From Bacteroidales bacterium (GTDB lineage Bacteria > Bacteroidota > Bacteroidia > Bacteroidales > M50B96), in NCBI GenBank assembly GCA_018401015.1, contig JAGYLP010000004.1:19307-83306 (forward strand): DNA of 64,000 nucleotides, read 5' to 3'. This document shows, piece after piece, positions 9,868-18,852 of the stretch (the stretch's first letter is position 1; each line of letters starts with the position of its first letter). The notes beneath the pieces were generated by a model. That model did not search any database. It was not told the DNA's origin and saw only the letters and a program-made list of their open reading frames with translations. The position numbers and the translations under genes are program-made.

Positions 9868-10636
9868 ATTTAAAAAGATGATAACCGGCGGCTCCTTGCG
9901 TAATAAGTGGGAAAAGCAAATCGGGTTGGGTTATCCGTGTTCCTCCAACATACCGAATCCCATACTTAAAGAAAACTTCGGGTAACAAGTTACTCGATGG
10001 CCCTACCACCACCGTTTCGGTACCGGGCTGAACAAAGCTCAATAGCTTATCGAAAGTTTTATTGACCAGGGTAAGACCGGTAATTAGCAAAAAATCGGCC
10101 TGAGGAATTATTTCCGGATACCGTTCGGCAGGAACATAATATTTACGATGTTGCGGCTCCAATGCATGTTTATTGAATTCTAAAACACTTAATTCACAGC
10201 CCATTGCATCGCAGCGTTGAATATAAGACTGAAAAGCTCCTACCAAAACGACCCGAATACCCGGCTTAACATCGAGCAAATCGAAAGGATCGGTATTCGA
10301 ATGAACGCGATAGGGCTGGGAAGGAAGTAGGCCACTGGCCAATGCATTGATGGTTGCAATCCGTAGCATTTGAATGCTGGCACTCTCTTTCGAAATCTGC
10401 AGTAATTCCGACACAAAATGACCTTCCATGTGCAAAGGAGTAAAGGCCCCAAAATCACGCTTATCCTTGATGCAATGAATATCGGAATCATCAATGGTGC
10501 TCGATAAGCCTAACCAACCGTTATCGAGTCGCACACCGCAAAGGTGTTTCCCGATAACTACCGAATCCAGTCGAGTTTCCTGGCACAATTTGCCATAATC
10601 CGTTAACAGAATTTCCTTTACTTCGTTAATCAGCAT
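9833..10636 (-). CDS. DUF4213/DUF364-type protein (Rossmann-like, 'putative heavy-metal chelation' family)
   Basis: 267 aa. The pattern is ...GVRLDNGWLGLSST... followed by IRVVLVGAF, ADFLLITGLTLVN and VVVGPS. The family was assigned from remembered motif architecture and was not searched. Confidence 0.6.
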   Translation of the reverse strand: MLINEVKEILLTDYGKLCQETRLDSVVIGKHLCGVRLDNGWLGLSSTIDDSDIHCIKDKRDFGAFTPLHMEGHFVSELLQISKESASIQMLRIATINALASGLLPSQPYRVHSNTDPFDLLDVKPGIRVVLVGAFQSYIQRCDAMGCELSVLEFNKHALEPQHRKYYVPAERYPEIIPQADFLLITGLTLVNKTFDKLLSFVQPGTETVVVGPSSNLLPEVFFKYGIRYVGGTRITQPDLLFPLITQGAAGYHLFKYAAEKICISEA

Positions 10637-11009
10637 ACTAAACTATTTAGGCCGCTAAATTAATCATCGAAGTAAAAAACCGATGGTGTTTTTTCTAGAA
10701 GAAGTAACCCATGCATTATCGAAATAAACCGACCAAAAAACGGAAAGCGAATTCAACTTTATAAGCTCCAGCCTACAGGGAATCTTCCTTACCTAAGTAC
10801 TTAGTACGGATTGATAAAAACGGGACTAAGGCTCAACACCATGTATGCCTGACTTAGCAAATGAGGACACCACTCGGATAATAAGCCTTAAAAGAATGCT
10901 TACCCACTCATCGCAGGCTACTCAATAAGCTAGCGATAAACATATTAATCGAATCAATTAGCTTTTGGCAGTGCGATGCAAACACCGGTTTGCGCTGCCG
11001 AGGAGTTAG

Positions 11010-12161
11010 CTAGTCGATTTCCAAATTCTCGTCGGAAATAATATCGGGCAAAATTACACTGATGGTAGTTCCGACACCTACTTCCGAATGCAGTTTAATG
11101 TCGCCTTTGTAGAGGGCTACCATCTTTTTAACGATGGATAAGCCAAGACCGGAGCCACTGATATTGCGGGTTTGAGCGTTTTTGATACGACTAAACTCCT
11201 GAAACAACTGGGTTTGATCCTCGGCGCTAATGCCTATTCCTGTATCGATTACCTGGATAGTCACCTTATCGCGTTTCCGGTCGAGTACAACCGTTACCTT
11301 CCCTCCATCGCGATTATACTTCACGGCATTGCTAATGAGGTTATTCAGAATAATCTCCATTTCTTCGGAATCGGCAATGAAGTAGAAGGGTTTATCGGTC
11401 GATAATTCCATGTGGAGGTTACGTTGAATAGCCATTGGCTCCATGGTGTGGATGGCCAGGGTGGCTATTTCGGCCAAGTCGACTTTTTTCAGGAAGCGTC
11501 GTTTTTTGCCGGTTTCAATGCGGGTGAGATCGAGCATATCCATAATCAGATTGCGCATACCAGCCATCCGGACGAGCGATCGTTCGATCATTTCCATATA
11601 ATCGTCGAGTTGGTCGCCAACTTGTTTTTCCTTCATGATTCGAAGGTAGCCCTCCACTGCATTGATAGGCGATTTTAGCTCGTGCGACAGAACGGAAAGG
11701 AATTGAAAGCGGATTTGCTTTCCTTCTTCGTTCATGCGCTGGGTCATCCGCTTCAGAAACAGATGCTTGGTTAAATTTTCAATGGCCGATCGCAACTCCT
11801 GAGGTGTAAATGGCTTAGGCACAAAATTGTAAGCTCCATTACGGGTTGCTTTTACCGCTAAATCCAGACTCGCATAACTGGTAATCATCATCACCATCGC
11901 ATCGAGGTTCATGCGCTTAATTTGCTCGAGCAAATCGATTCCTTGTATGCCGGGCAATTTATTGTCGAGCATAATGATATCGACCGTTTCGCGCTCAATA
12001 ATCGCTAAGCCTTCCTCTCCACTGGCTGCCTCTTTTATTTCGAAACCAAAATCTTGGTCCATAAAAGGGAAACCAACCTCATAGTGTTGGAGTACCCGCC
12101 GAATACCACTGCGAATGCCGGGTTCGTCGTCTACAACCAATACCACTAATTTATTTTCCAT
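11010..12161 (-). CDS. Hybrid receiver-histidine kinase (REC-HisKA-HATPase_c)
   Basis: 383 aa. REC: LVVDDEPGIRSG, IIMLDNKLPG, FVPKPF. H-box: SHELKSPINA. N-box: NLISNAVKYN. G-boxes: DTGIGI and GSGLGLSI. Confidence 0.9.
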   Translation of the reverse strand: MENKLVVLVVDDEPGIRSGIRRVLQHYEVGFPFMDQDFGFEIKEAASGEEGLAIIERETVDIIMLDNKLPGIQGIDLLEQIKRMNLDAMVMMITSYASLDLAVKATRNGAYNFVPKPFTPQELRSAIENLTKHLFLKRMTQRMNEEGKQIRFQFLSVLSHELKSPINAVEGYLRIMKEKQVGDQLDDYMEMIERSLVRMAGMRNLIMDMLDLTRIETGKKRRFLKKVDLAEIATLAIHTMEPMAIQRNLHMELSTDKPFYFIADSEEMEIILNNLISNAVKYNRDGGKVTVVLDRKRDKVTIQVIDTGIGISAEDQTQLFQEFSRIKNAQTRNISGSGLGLSIVKKMVALYKGDIKLHSEVGVGTTISVILPDIISDENLEID

Positions 12162-12163
12162 GA

Positions 12164-12568
12164 TTATAACTTTAGGAGTCGATTGATTTCGCGGTGTAAT
12201 TGATCGCTACGGATACCTTTTTCCATAAAAATATCGGCTTTCACCCACGACCGATTCGATTCACGCTCCATTTCGAATTTGATACCGGTGTCGCGGGTAA
12301 CGCTGGTAGCGATTGCTACGGGTACATCGGGATACATTTGTTTGCATTTATAAGCCAACACAAATCCTGCATCCTGAGTCTCCATCATCAAATCCAAAAT
12401 AGCCATATCGGGCTTGGTGGCTTCGAGAATCTCGAGGGCTTCTTTCTTACTCTCGGCGGTGAGCACCTCAAATCCGAAATGACTAATCTGCCATTTCATT
12501 TGGTTCAGGTAATCGATATCGTCATCGACCAATAAAATGGTCTTCTTTTTTAAAGTCTCTGCTGTCAT
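12164..12568 (-). CDS. Stand-alone response-regulator receiver protein
   Basis: ILLVDDD ... KPDMAILDLMMET ... FMEKG. There is no output domain. The track start at 12577 is TTG, with ATG at 12568. Its stop lies 2 nt before the next gene's start. Confidence 0.85.
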   Translation of the reverse strand: MTAETLKKKTILLVDDDIDYLNQMKWQISHFGFEVLTAESKKEALEILEATKPDMAILDLMMETQDAGFVLAYKCKQMYPDVPVAIATSVTRDTGIKFEMERESNRSWVKADIFMEKGIRSDQLHREINRLLKL

Positions 12569-12658
12569 GGCATTCAATGTATTACGATTAAACTAATTGA
12601 TCTTAAATACTGTAGCTCCACAAACCGGAGCATTTTTTAAAATTTATTTCTGATGCGT

Positions 12659-14638
12659 TTACTTAGGCAAATGAATGATAAAATGGGTTCCGGTAGGTCC
12701 TTTCTCCGGTTGATTATTGGTTTCTACTTCAATTTTTCCATGATGCATTTTAATGATGCCATATACTAAGGGCAAACCGAGCCCTGTTCCTTTTCCAATT
12801 CCCTTTGTAGTAAAAAAGGGGGTGAAAATTTTATCCATATTTTCCGGCGAAATACCGGTACCGTTGTCGGATACCCGTATCTCAAAGGTTTCATCGTGCT
12901 CTTTTAAGTGTACGCTTAGCGTTCCTCCGTGTGGCATGGCCTCAATGGCATTTTTTTCCAGATTGGTAAGCACTTGCATCATTTGATCGTAATCGAAAAA
13001 GGCAATGGCACGCTGAACATCGCTCGAAAACTCGACCTGAACATTATCTGGAACAACCACCGATTGAAGACTTTGTTTACAAAATTCAACGAGGGAATAT
13101 TCCGATTTCTGAAGCTGATTCTTTCGAGCAAAATTAAGCAATCCACCTACTATTTTTTTGCAACGGTCGGCTTGTTCAGCAATCAATTCAACATCGTTGC
13201 GGGTTGGATCGTCCTGCGCTAATTCATCGAGCAAAATATTGCTATACATGGTTATTACGCCGAGCGGATTATTGAGCTCGTGAGCAATCCCGGCCGATAG
13301 TTGCCCCATGTTAGCCAATTTCTCCTGATGCTTGAGGGCTCGTTTGGCATCGTCGAGCAAATGATTAGATTGATCCAGTGCACTGAGCGACTGGTGAAGT
13401 TTTTCGATGGCATAGGGTAAGCACATTTCTATTTCGGCTAATCCGTCGATGATGGCCATAGCATGTTTCTCGCAGGTAGAATAGCCGCATGCTCCGCAAT
13501 TGAGATGATCGCTGCTATCGTATTTGCCCATTTCGGCCAACACATGATCGATTCGTTCGCGGGTAGGGGTTTTTGAACGCCGGTCCATGATTTGAAACGA
13601 CTGGCTCATATCGAGTTGCCCGATGAAATCGAGGTCCACTTGCCACTTCGACCAATCCAGGCGGGCGAGCTTCGAGGCTACATAATTTGCTACATGAGCT
13701 TTTCGCTGATAGCGTTTCCCTTGTGGCGACATACCGGGTCCCATGATGCATCCTTCGCAACTTAACAATTCGACATGCCGCGCTTTAATTTCTCCCGAAT
13801 CGAGTGCTTGAATCACCTCGCGAACATTTTGTTTCCCTTCGGCTACAACTACATCGCCCGACAATAAATCGTCGTGCAGCCCCATGGTATGCAACATTCC
13901 TTTACTCACAGGAAATACCGCTCCTTTAGCTGCGTGAGGTGGATCGAAATCGGTTATTTTTCCAGCTTCATAGGTAACCTGGCGTGCGTTAAAAACCTGC
14001 CTTAGTTCCTGAAAAGTGATCACACAATCGACCTCGTTCGATTCAGCCTTCTTGGCAATGCATGGTCCGATGAAAACAACTTTGGGATTCCGAGGAGCAT
14101 ATTTTTCTTTCAAGTAACGCGTCATGGCCACCATTGGAGAGGCCACCCTGGCAAGGCTCGATACTAGTTTAGGGTAATATTGCTCAATGTAGTAAACAAT
14201 GGCCGGACAATCGGATGAGATGAAGATTTCCTGGTCCGATTCACGCTGAAGCTTTTGGTAAGCCTGAGCAACGGCATCGGCTCCAAAGCCGACCTCTACG
14301 GCGAGCTTAAAGCCCAAATCGCGGAGCATGGGTACGAGAGCCCTAGGATCGTCGAACTCGTCGAACTCGGCTGGAAACGAGGGAGCCACGGCGGCAATTA
14401 CAAAGTCGTTTGAATCCAGCATTTCAAGCAACTCGTTGGTATTGGAGACATAAATTTTGGCACCCTGACTGCAAACCTTAACGCAATTTCCACAAGCAAT
14501 GCAGCGTTCGCCAAGAACTTCGGCTTGTCCATTGATGATTTTAATGGCTTTAGCCGGGCACTCACGAACGCAGGTATAGCATACCCTGCATTTGTTCATC
14601 AGTGTTTCCACTACATATTTGCCATTACCGTGACTCAT
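12659..14638 (-). CDS. Soluble sensor histidine kinase with an [FeFe]-hydrogenase-like (H-domain) input module; putative H2/redox sensor
   Basis: 659 aa with no TM segment. It has two Cx2Cx2Cx3C ferredoxin motifs (C17.., C46..). H-cluster-like signatures are SSDCPAI, GPCIAKKAE and ELLSCEGCIMGPG. A Cx2Cx4Cx16C motif spans C381-C406. The HisKA motif is IAHELNNPLG. The HATPase_c domain includes GTGLGLPLV. Confidence 0.85.
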   Translation of the reverse strand: MSHGNGKYVVETLMNKCRVCYTCVRECPAKAIKIINGQAEVLGERCIACGNCVKVCSQGAKIYVSNTNELLEMLDSNDFVIAAVAPSFPAEFDEFDDPRALVPMLRDLGFKLAVEVGFGADAVAQAYQKLQRESDQEIFISSDCPAIVYYIEQYYPKLVSSLARVASPMVAMTRYLKEKYAPRNPKVVFIGPCIAKKAESNEVDCVITFQELRQVFNARQVTYEAGKITDFDPPHAAKGAVFPVSKGMLHTMGLHDDLLSGDVVVAEGKQNVREVIQALDSGEIKARHVELLSCEGCIMGPGMSPQGKRYQRKAHVANYVASKLARLDWSKWQVDLDFIGQLDMSQSFQIMDRRSKTPTRERIDHVLAEMGKYDSSDHLNCGACGYSTCEKHAMAIIDGLAEIEMCLPYAIEKLHQSLSALDQSNHLLDDAKRALKHQEKLANMGQLSAGIAHELNNPLGVITMYSNILLDELAQDDPTRNDVELIAEQADRCKKIVGGLLNFARKNQLQKSEYSLVEFCKQSLQSVVVPDNVQVEFSSDVQRAIAFFDYDQMMQVLTNLEKNAIEAMPHGGTLSVHLKEHDETFEIRVSDNGTGISPENMDKIFTPFFTTKGIGKGTGLGLPLVYGIIKMHHGKIEVETNNQPEKGPTGTHFIIHLPK

Positions 14639-14650
14639 CTTTCTATTCCT

Positions 14651-16378
14651 CTATTTCAAAATATCTTCCCGAATACGATAGCGTGTATGCAATAAGTGAT
14701 GCGCAATTTCACTGTTTGGTTCACCCAAAAAGCTTCGATATAATTCAATCACCTCCGGATTTTTATGCGATACCCGCAAGGATTCTTTCATATCGGCTGA
14801 ATAAATGGTTTGCATACGAGCAGCCAGTGCTTCCGGACTGGCGCCAATTTTTTGTCCGCCGCCTCCAATACATCCACTCGGACAAGCCATTACTTCAACA
14901 AAATGTAAGTCGTTGCGACCGGCTCGAATTTCATCGAGCAAGACTTTGGCATTGCTTATTCCGTTTACCACGGCTACTCCTAGGGTCAATCCATTCACTT
15001 CGACTTTCGCTTCTTTTCGGCCAGCTAAACCACGTAATTCTTTAATTTGGAATTTAATCAGCTCTTCACCGGTTAGTTTCCAATAGGCGGTACGAATCGC
15101 AGCTTCCATTACACCTCCTGTTACACCAAAGAGCTTTCCGGCGGTACTACGTGCACCCAAAGGTGAATCGGTTATTTCCGGCTCCAACTTGTGAATATCG
15201 ACTCCATAAAGCTTGATGAATCGGGCCAGCTCGCGGGTAGTTAAAATCGCATCCACATCTACAATTCCTTTGGAAACCATTTCTTCGCGCTGTGCTTCGA
15301 ATTTTTTTGCTGTACAAGGCATGATCGAAACAGAGTAGATATCTTCCTTCCGCAAATTCATTCTCTCGGCAAAATAGGTTTTTATTACAGCTCCCATCAT
15401 TTGCTGTGGCGATTTACAAGAAGACAACAAAGGGAGCAGGTCGCCGGCAAATTCCTCGGCGTACTTTACCCATCCCGGGCAGCAACTTGTCATGAGGGGT
15501 AATCGTTCATTTTTCTGAATCCGATCGATTAATTCAGTCGATTCTTCCATAATCGTTAAATCGGCTGCAAAGGTGGTGTCGAAGATAAAATCGAATCCCA
15601 ATTTCCGAAGAGCGGCATTCATTACACCATTGATATCCAATCCGGGTTCCATGTTAAACTCTTCGGCCAGCGAAACAGAAATAGAGGGGGCGTACTGCAC
15701 CACTACTACTTTTTTCGGATTGGCCAGGGCATCCTGAATCTCGGCAAAGTGATTTTTTTCGGTTAAAGCTCCGGTTGGACAAACCATGATGCACTGTCCG
15801 CAATTAATGCAACTGGAAACATTCAAGCCTCGATTGTAGGTTGTACTAATAATCGATTGACTACCGCGATTGGCAAAATCGATACAAGCAACACCCATGG
15901 TTTCCTCGCAAACCACAACACATCGTCCGCATAAAATACACTTCGAAGGATCGCGCACAATGGAAGCCGAACTCATATCGAGATGATAATTATTCTTTTC
16001 GCCTCGAACCCGACGGTCGTCAACATGCAGTTCTTCTGCTAAGTCCTGTAGTTCGCAATTTTTGTTTCGAACGCAATACAAACAGTCGTCGGGATGATTC
16101 GACAGCAGCAACTCAACGATGGTTTTTCTCGATTCTGCCACACGCTGCGATTGAGTATCAATGCGCATCCCTTGCTCAACCGGATGAGAGCACGAGGTGA
16201 TGAGCTTACCATTACTTTTATTTTCTACCACACACATCCGGCAGGCTCCGGTTGGGAGTTTATCTTTCATGTGACATAGCGTGGGTATTTTAATCCCAAT
16301 TCGGCTCAGCACATCGAGCAAATATTCTCCGGATTGAACCGGAACTTGTTCTTTATTGATTTCTATCGTGAAGTCCAT
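14651..16378 (-). CDS. hydA: [FeFe]-hydrogenase catalytic subunit HydA (trimeric, NAD(P)H/ferredoxin-linked type)
   Basis: 575 aa with an N-terminal 2Fe-2S domain and 4Fe-4S motifs (CILCGRCVVVC, CINCGQCIMVCP). The canonical H-cluster signatures are TSCCPGW, MPCTAKKFE and EVMACPSGCIGGGGQ. Confidence 0.93.
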   Translation of the reverse strand: MDFTIEINKEQVPVQSGEYLLDVLSRIGIKIPTLCHMKDKLPTGACRMCVVENKSNGKLITSCSHPVEQGMRIDTQSQRVAESRKTIVELLLSNHPDDCLYCVRNKNCELQDLAEELHVDDRRVRGEKNNYHLDMSSASIVRDPSKCILCGRCVVVCEETMGVACIDFANRGSQSIISTTYNRGLNVSSCINCGQCIMVCPTGALTEKNHFAEIQDALANPKKVVVVQYAPSISVSLAEEFNMEPGLDINGVMNAALRKLGFDFIFDTTFAADLTIMEESTELIDRIQKNERLPLMTSCCPGWVKYAEEFAGDLLPLLSSCKSPQQMMGAVIKTYFAERMNLRKEDIYSVSIMPCTAKKFEAQREEMVSKGIVDVDAILTTRELARFIKLYGVDIHKLEPEITDSPLGARSTAGKLFGVTGGVMEAAIRTAYWKLTGEELIKFQIKELRGLAGRKEAKVEVNGLTLGVAVVNGISNAKVLLDEIRAGRNDLHFVEVMACPSGCIGGGGQKIGASPEALAARMQTIYSADMKESLRVSHKNPEVIELYRSFLGEPNSEIAHHLLHTRYRIREDILK

Positions 16379-16396
16379 TTCGCTTTCTTATTAAGT

Positions 16397-18340
16397 TTAA
16401 AAAATTTCGATAGCATCGAATTTACAAGCCTCCTGACAAGCTCCGCAGGCAATACACTTCTCTTCGATAATGAAATGCGGCGTTTTTTTGGCTCCTATTA
16501 TCGCTTGAGTCGGACATTTTTTCAAACAAACCATACAACCAGTGCATGCTTCGACATTGATTCGGAAGATGCGCAACTCGGTGCAAACTCCTGCGCGGCA
16601 TTTCCGGTCGAAAATGTGCTCTTCGTACTCATCTTTGAACCAACGCAAAGTGCTCAATACGGGGTTTGGAGCAGTCTGTCCCAATCCGCATAAGGAGGTA
16701 TCTTTAATCACCTCGGCTAAACGCTCAAGTTGCATCAAACTTTTTATCCGCTCCAAGGCTTCGTAGCGCTCTTCGTGAACCGGCTTTTTGGTTATAGTTT
16801 CTAATATCTCCAACATCCGCTTTGTTCCCTCGCGACAAGGAATACACTTTCCGCAACTTTCGCGCTGAATGAAGTCCATGAAATATTTTGCCAAGTCCAC
16901 CATGCAAGTGTCTTCGTCCATCACCACCAAACCTCCGGAACCCATCATGGCGCCAACCTTTATCAGCGATTCATAATCGATTTTGATATCCAGATTGGCC
17001 TCGGTAATACAACCTCCCGACGGACCTCCAATTTGCACAGCTTTGAATTTCTTTTTATTGAGAATTCCACCGGAAATGGTGAAAATCACGTCGCGAATGG
17101 TAGTACCCATGGGAATCTCGACCAATCCGGTTAAAGCAACTTTCCCCGACATGGCAAATACTTTTGTTCCTTTCGATGTTTCGGTGCCGATAGAAGCAAA
17201 CCAATCGATTCCTTTAGCTATAATTTCTGGAATATTGGCCAAGGTTTCCACGTTGTTAATAATGGTTGGTTTCTGAAACAATCCGCTTATCGCAGGAAAT
17301 GGCGGACGTGGACGAGGCATTCCGCGTTTACCTTCGATGCTGTGAATAAGCGCTGTTTCTTCGCCGCAAACAAATGCTCCAGCACCCATTTTTACTTTGA
17401 TATCGAAGGATATTCCCGTGCCAAAAATATTTTCTCCCAACAAACCATATTCCCGGGCCTGATCCAGTGCAATTCGTAATCGCTTAATAGCCAGCGGATA
17501 TTCAGCCCGAATATACACATAAGCTATACTGGCTCCGATTCCGTAAGCTGCAATGGCCATTCCTTCGAGCAAGCGATGAGGATCGCCTTCGATAACGGCT
17601 CTATCCATGAATGCACCGGGGTCACCTTCGTCGGCATTGCAAATCAAATATTTCTGTGTGGAATTTTGGGCTAAGGCAAATTTCCATTTTTTACCGGTAG
17701 GGAAACCGCCGCCACCACGACCTCGCAAGCCCGACTTTTCAATCATATCGCACACTTCGGCCGACGTATGCTGACGAATAATGCGCAAGAAACTGGCATA
17801 TCCTCCGGCTGCAATATATTCTTCGATGCTAACCGGATCCAGAATACCGCAGTTCTTCAAAACCAATCGGGTTTGAGGAGCGAAAAAGGGATGCTCGTGC
17901 AAAAACGGAACGGCTAGCCAGCTGCGATTACCCTGATCAAATTGCATTAGTGAAGCAGTATAATCGACTTCGAGGGTAAAGATTTTATCGAGTAATCCAG
18001 CCACCTTTTCTTGTGTTACTTGTTGAAAAGAAATGCGATTATAGCCGGGTAATTGAACATCGAGGATAGGCTCGGCCGAGCACAAACCAATACAACCAAC
18101 CTCGATTACCTGAGCATCGATGGATTGTTGTTCTAAATACGATTTAACAGCAGCTAAGGTTTTGTCGGCTCCTGCGCCTAATCCGCAGGTTCCAGCTCCG
18201 ATATAAATAACGGGCTTGCTTACCTCCTTCCGCAATAAATGCTGAAGCCTTTGCTCATCGAGCTGTACATTATCGTATTTCCCTTTGCTTAAGAGCGTTG
18301 TGAGAAATTCTTTATTGCTTGGGTTTTTCTTCCTGGCCAT
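16397..18340 (-). CDS. hydB: Hydrogenase flavoprotein subunit HydB (NuoF-like)
   Basis: 647 aa with a thioredoxin-like 2Fe-2S N-terminus. FMN/NADH site GRGGGGFPTGKKW and SCGKCIPCREG. Two C-terminal 4Fe-4S motifs: CTGCMVCLKKCP and CIACGACQEACK. Confidence 0.9.
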   Translation of the reverse strand: MARKKNPSNKEFLTTLLSKGKYDNVQLDEQRLQHLLRKEVSKPVIYIGAGTCGLGAGADKTLAAVKSYLEQQSIDAQVIEVGCIGLCSAEPILDVQLPGYNRISFQQVTQEKVAGLLDKIFTLEVDYTASLMQFDQGNRSWLAVPFLHEHPFFAPQTRLVLKNCGILDPVSIEEYIAAGGYASFLRIIRQHTSAEVCDMIEKSGLRGRGGGGFPTGKKWKFALAQNSTQKYLICNADEGDPGAFMDRAVIEGDPHRLLEGMAIAAYGIGASIAYVYIRAEYPLAIKRLRIALDQAREYGLLGENIFGTGISFDIKVKMGAGAFVCGEETALIHSIEGKRGMPRPRPPFPAISGLFQKPTIINNVETLANIPEIIAKGIDWFASIGTETSKGTKVFAMSGKVALTGLVEIPMGTTIRDVIFTISGGILNKKKFKAVQIGGPSGGCITEANLDIKIDYESLIKVGAMMGSGGLVVMDEDTCMVDLAKYFMDFIQRESCGKCIPCREGTKRMLEILETITKKPVHEERYEALERIKSLMQLERLAEVIKDTSLCGLGQTAPNPVLSTLRWFKDEYEEHIFDRKCRAGVCTELRIFRINVEACTGCMVCLKKCPTQAIIGAKKTPHFIIEEKCIACGACQEACKFDAIEIF

Positions 18341-18342
18341 GA

Positions 18343-18807
18343 TTACTCGCTTTCTAAGTTTCTATAATGTTCCAAAATATCATCGATATCGGCGGGTTTC
18401 AGCTTGGCATGAAACTCACCATTGATACTGATTACCGGTGCTAACCCGCAAGCTCCAATGCAGGCTACTACCTCGAGGCTGAACAAGCCATCGCGGGCGG
18501 TAGAACCCGCTTTTATTTTCAATCGCTTTTCCAATTCAGCTTGCACCGTTGAAGAGCCAAGTACGTGGCAGGCTGTCCCACGACAAACCTGTATGTGGTA
18601 CTTACCCTGGGGTTCGAATCGAAACTGATTATAAAAAGTAGCCACCCCAAAGATCTTACTAGTAGGCAGTTGAAGATGCTTGCCCACTTCAACTATGGAA
18701 TCTTCCGATAAATAACCGGCCTGTTCCTGAATTGCCTGAAGAATAGGAATCAGATGTTCCCGCTTTCCGTCGGGGTATTGTTTGAGTATGGTGCTAATGG
18801 AAGCCAT
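18343..18807 (-). CDS. hydC: Hydrogenase 2Fe-2S subunit HydC (NuoE-like)
   Basis: 154 aa with the NuoE-type cluster motifs CRGTACHV ... CIGACGLAP. Its stop lies 2 nt before the hydB start. Confidence 0.9.
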   Translation of the reverse strand: MASISTILKQYPDGKREHLIPILQAIQEQAGYLSEDSIVEVGKHLQLPTSKIFGVATFYNQFRFEPQGKYHIQVCRGTACHVLGSSTVQAELEKRLKIKAGSTARDGLFSLEVVACIGACGLAPVISINGEFHAKLKPADIDDILEHYRNLESE

Positions 18808-18852
18808 CGTGGTTAAGTTTTAATGAAAAGTTAGGTACCGTTGAATAACTTA

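Noticed and set aside
14602-16693. Antisense ORFs of 147, 93, 61 and 119 aa across hydA and the end of hydB
   Set aside because: They lie opposite genes with unambiguous cofactor-binding motifs, and their translations are not protein-like.
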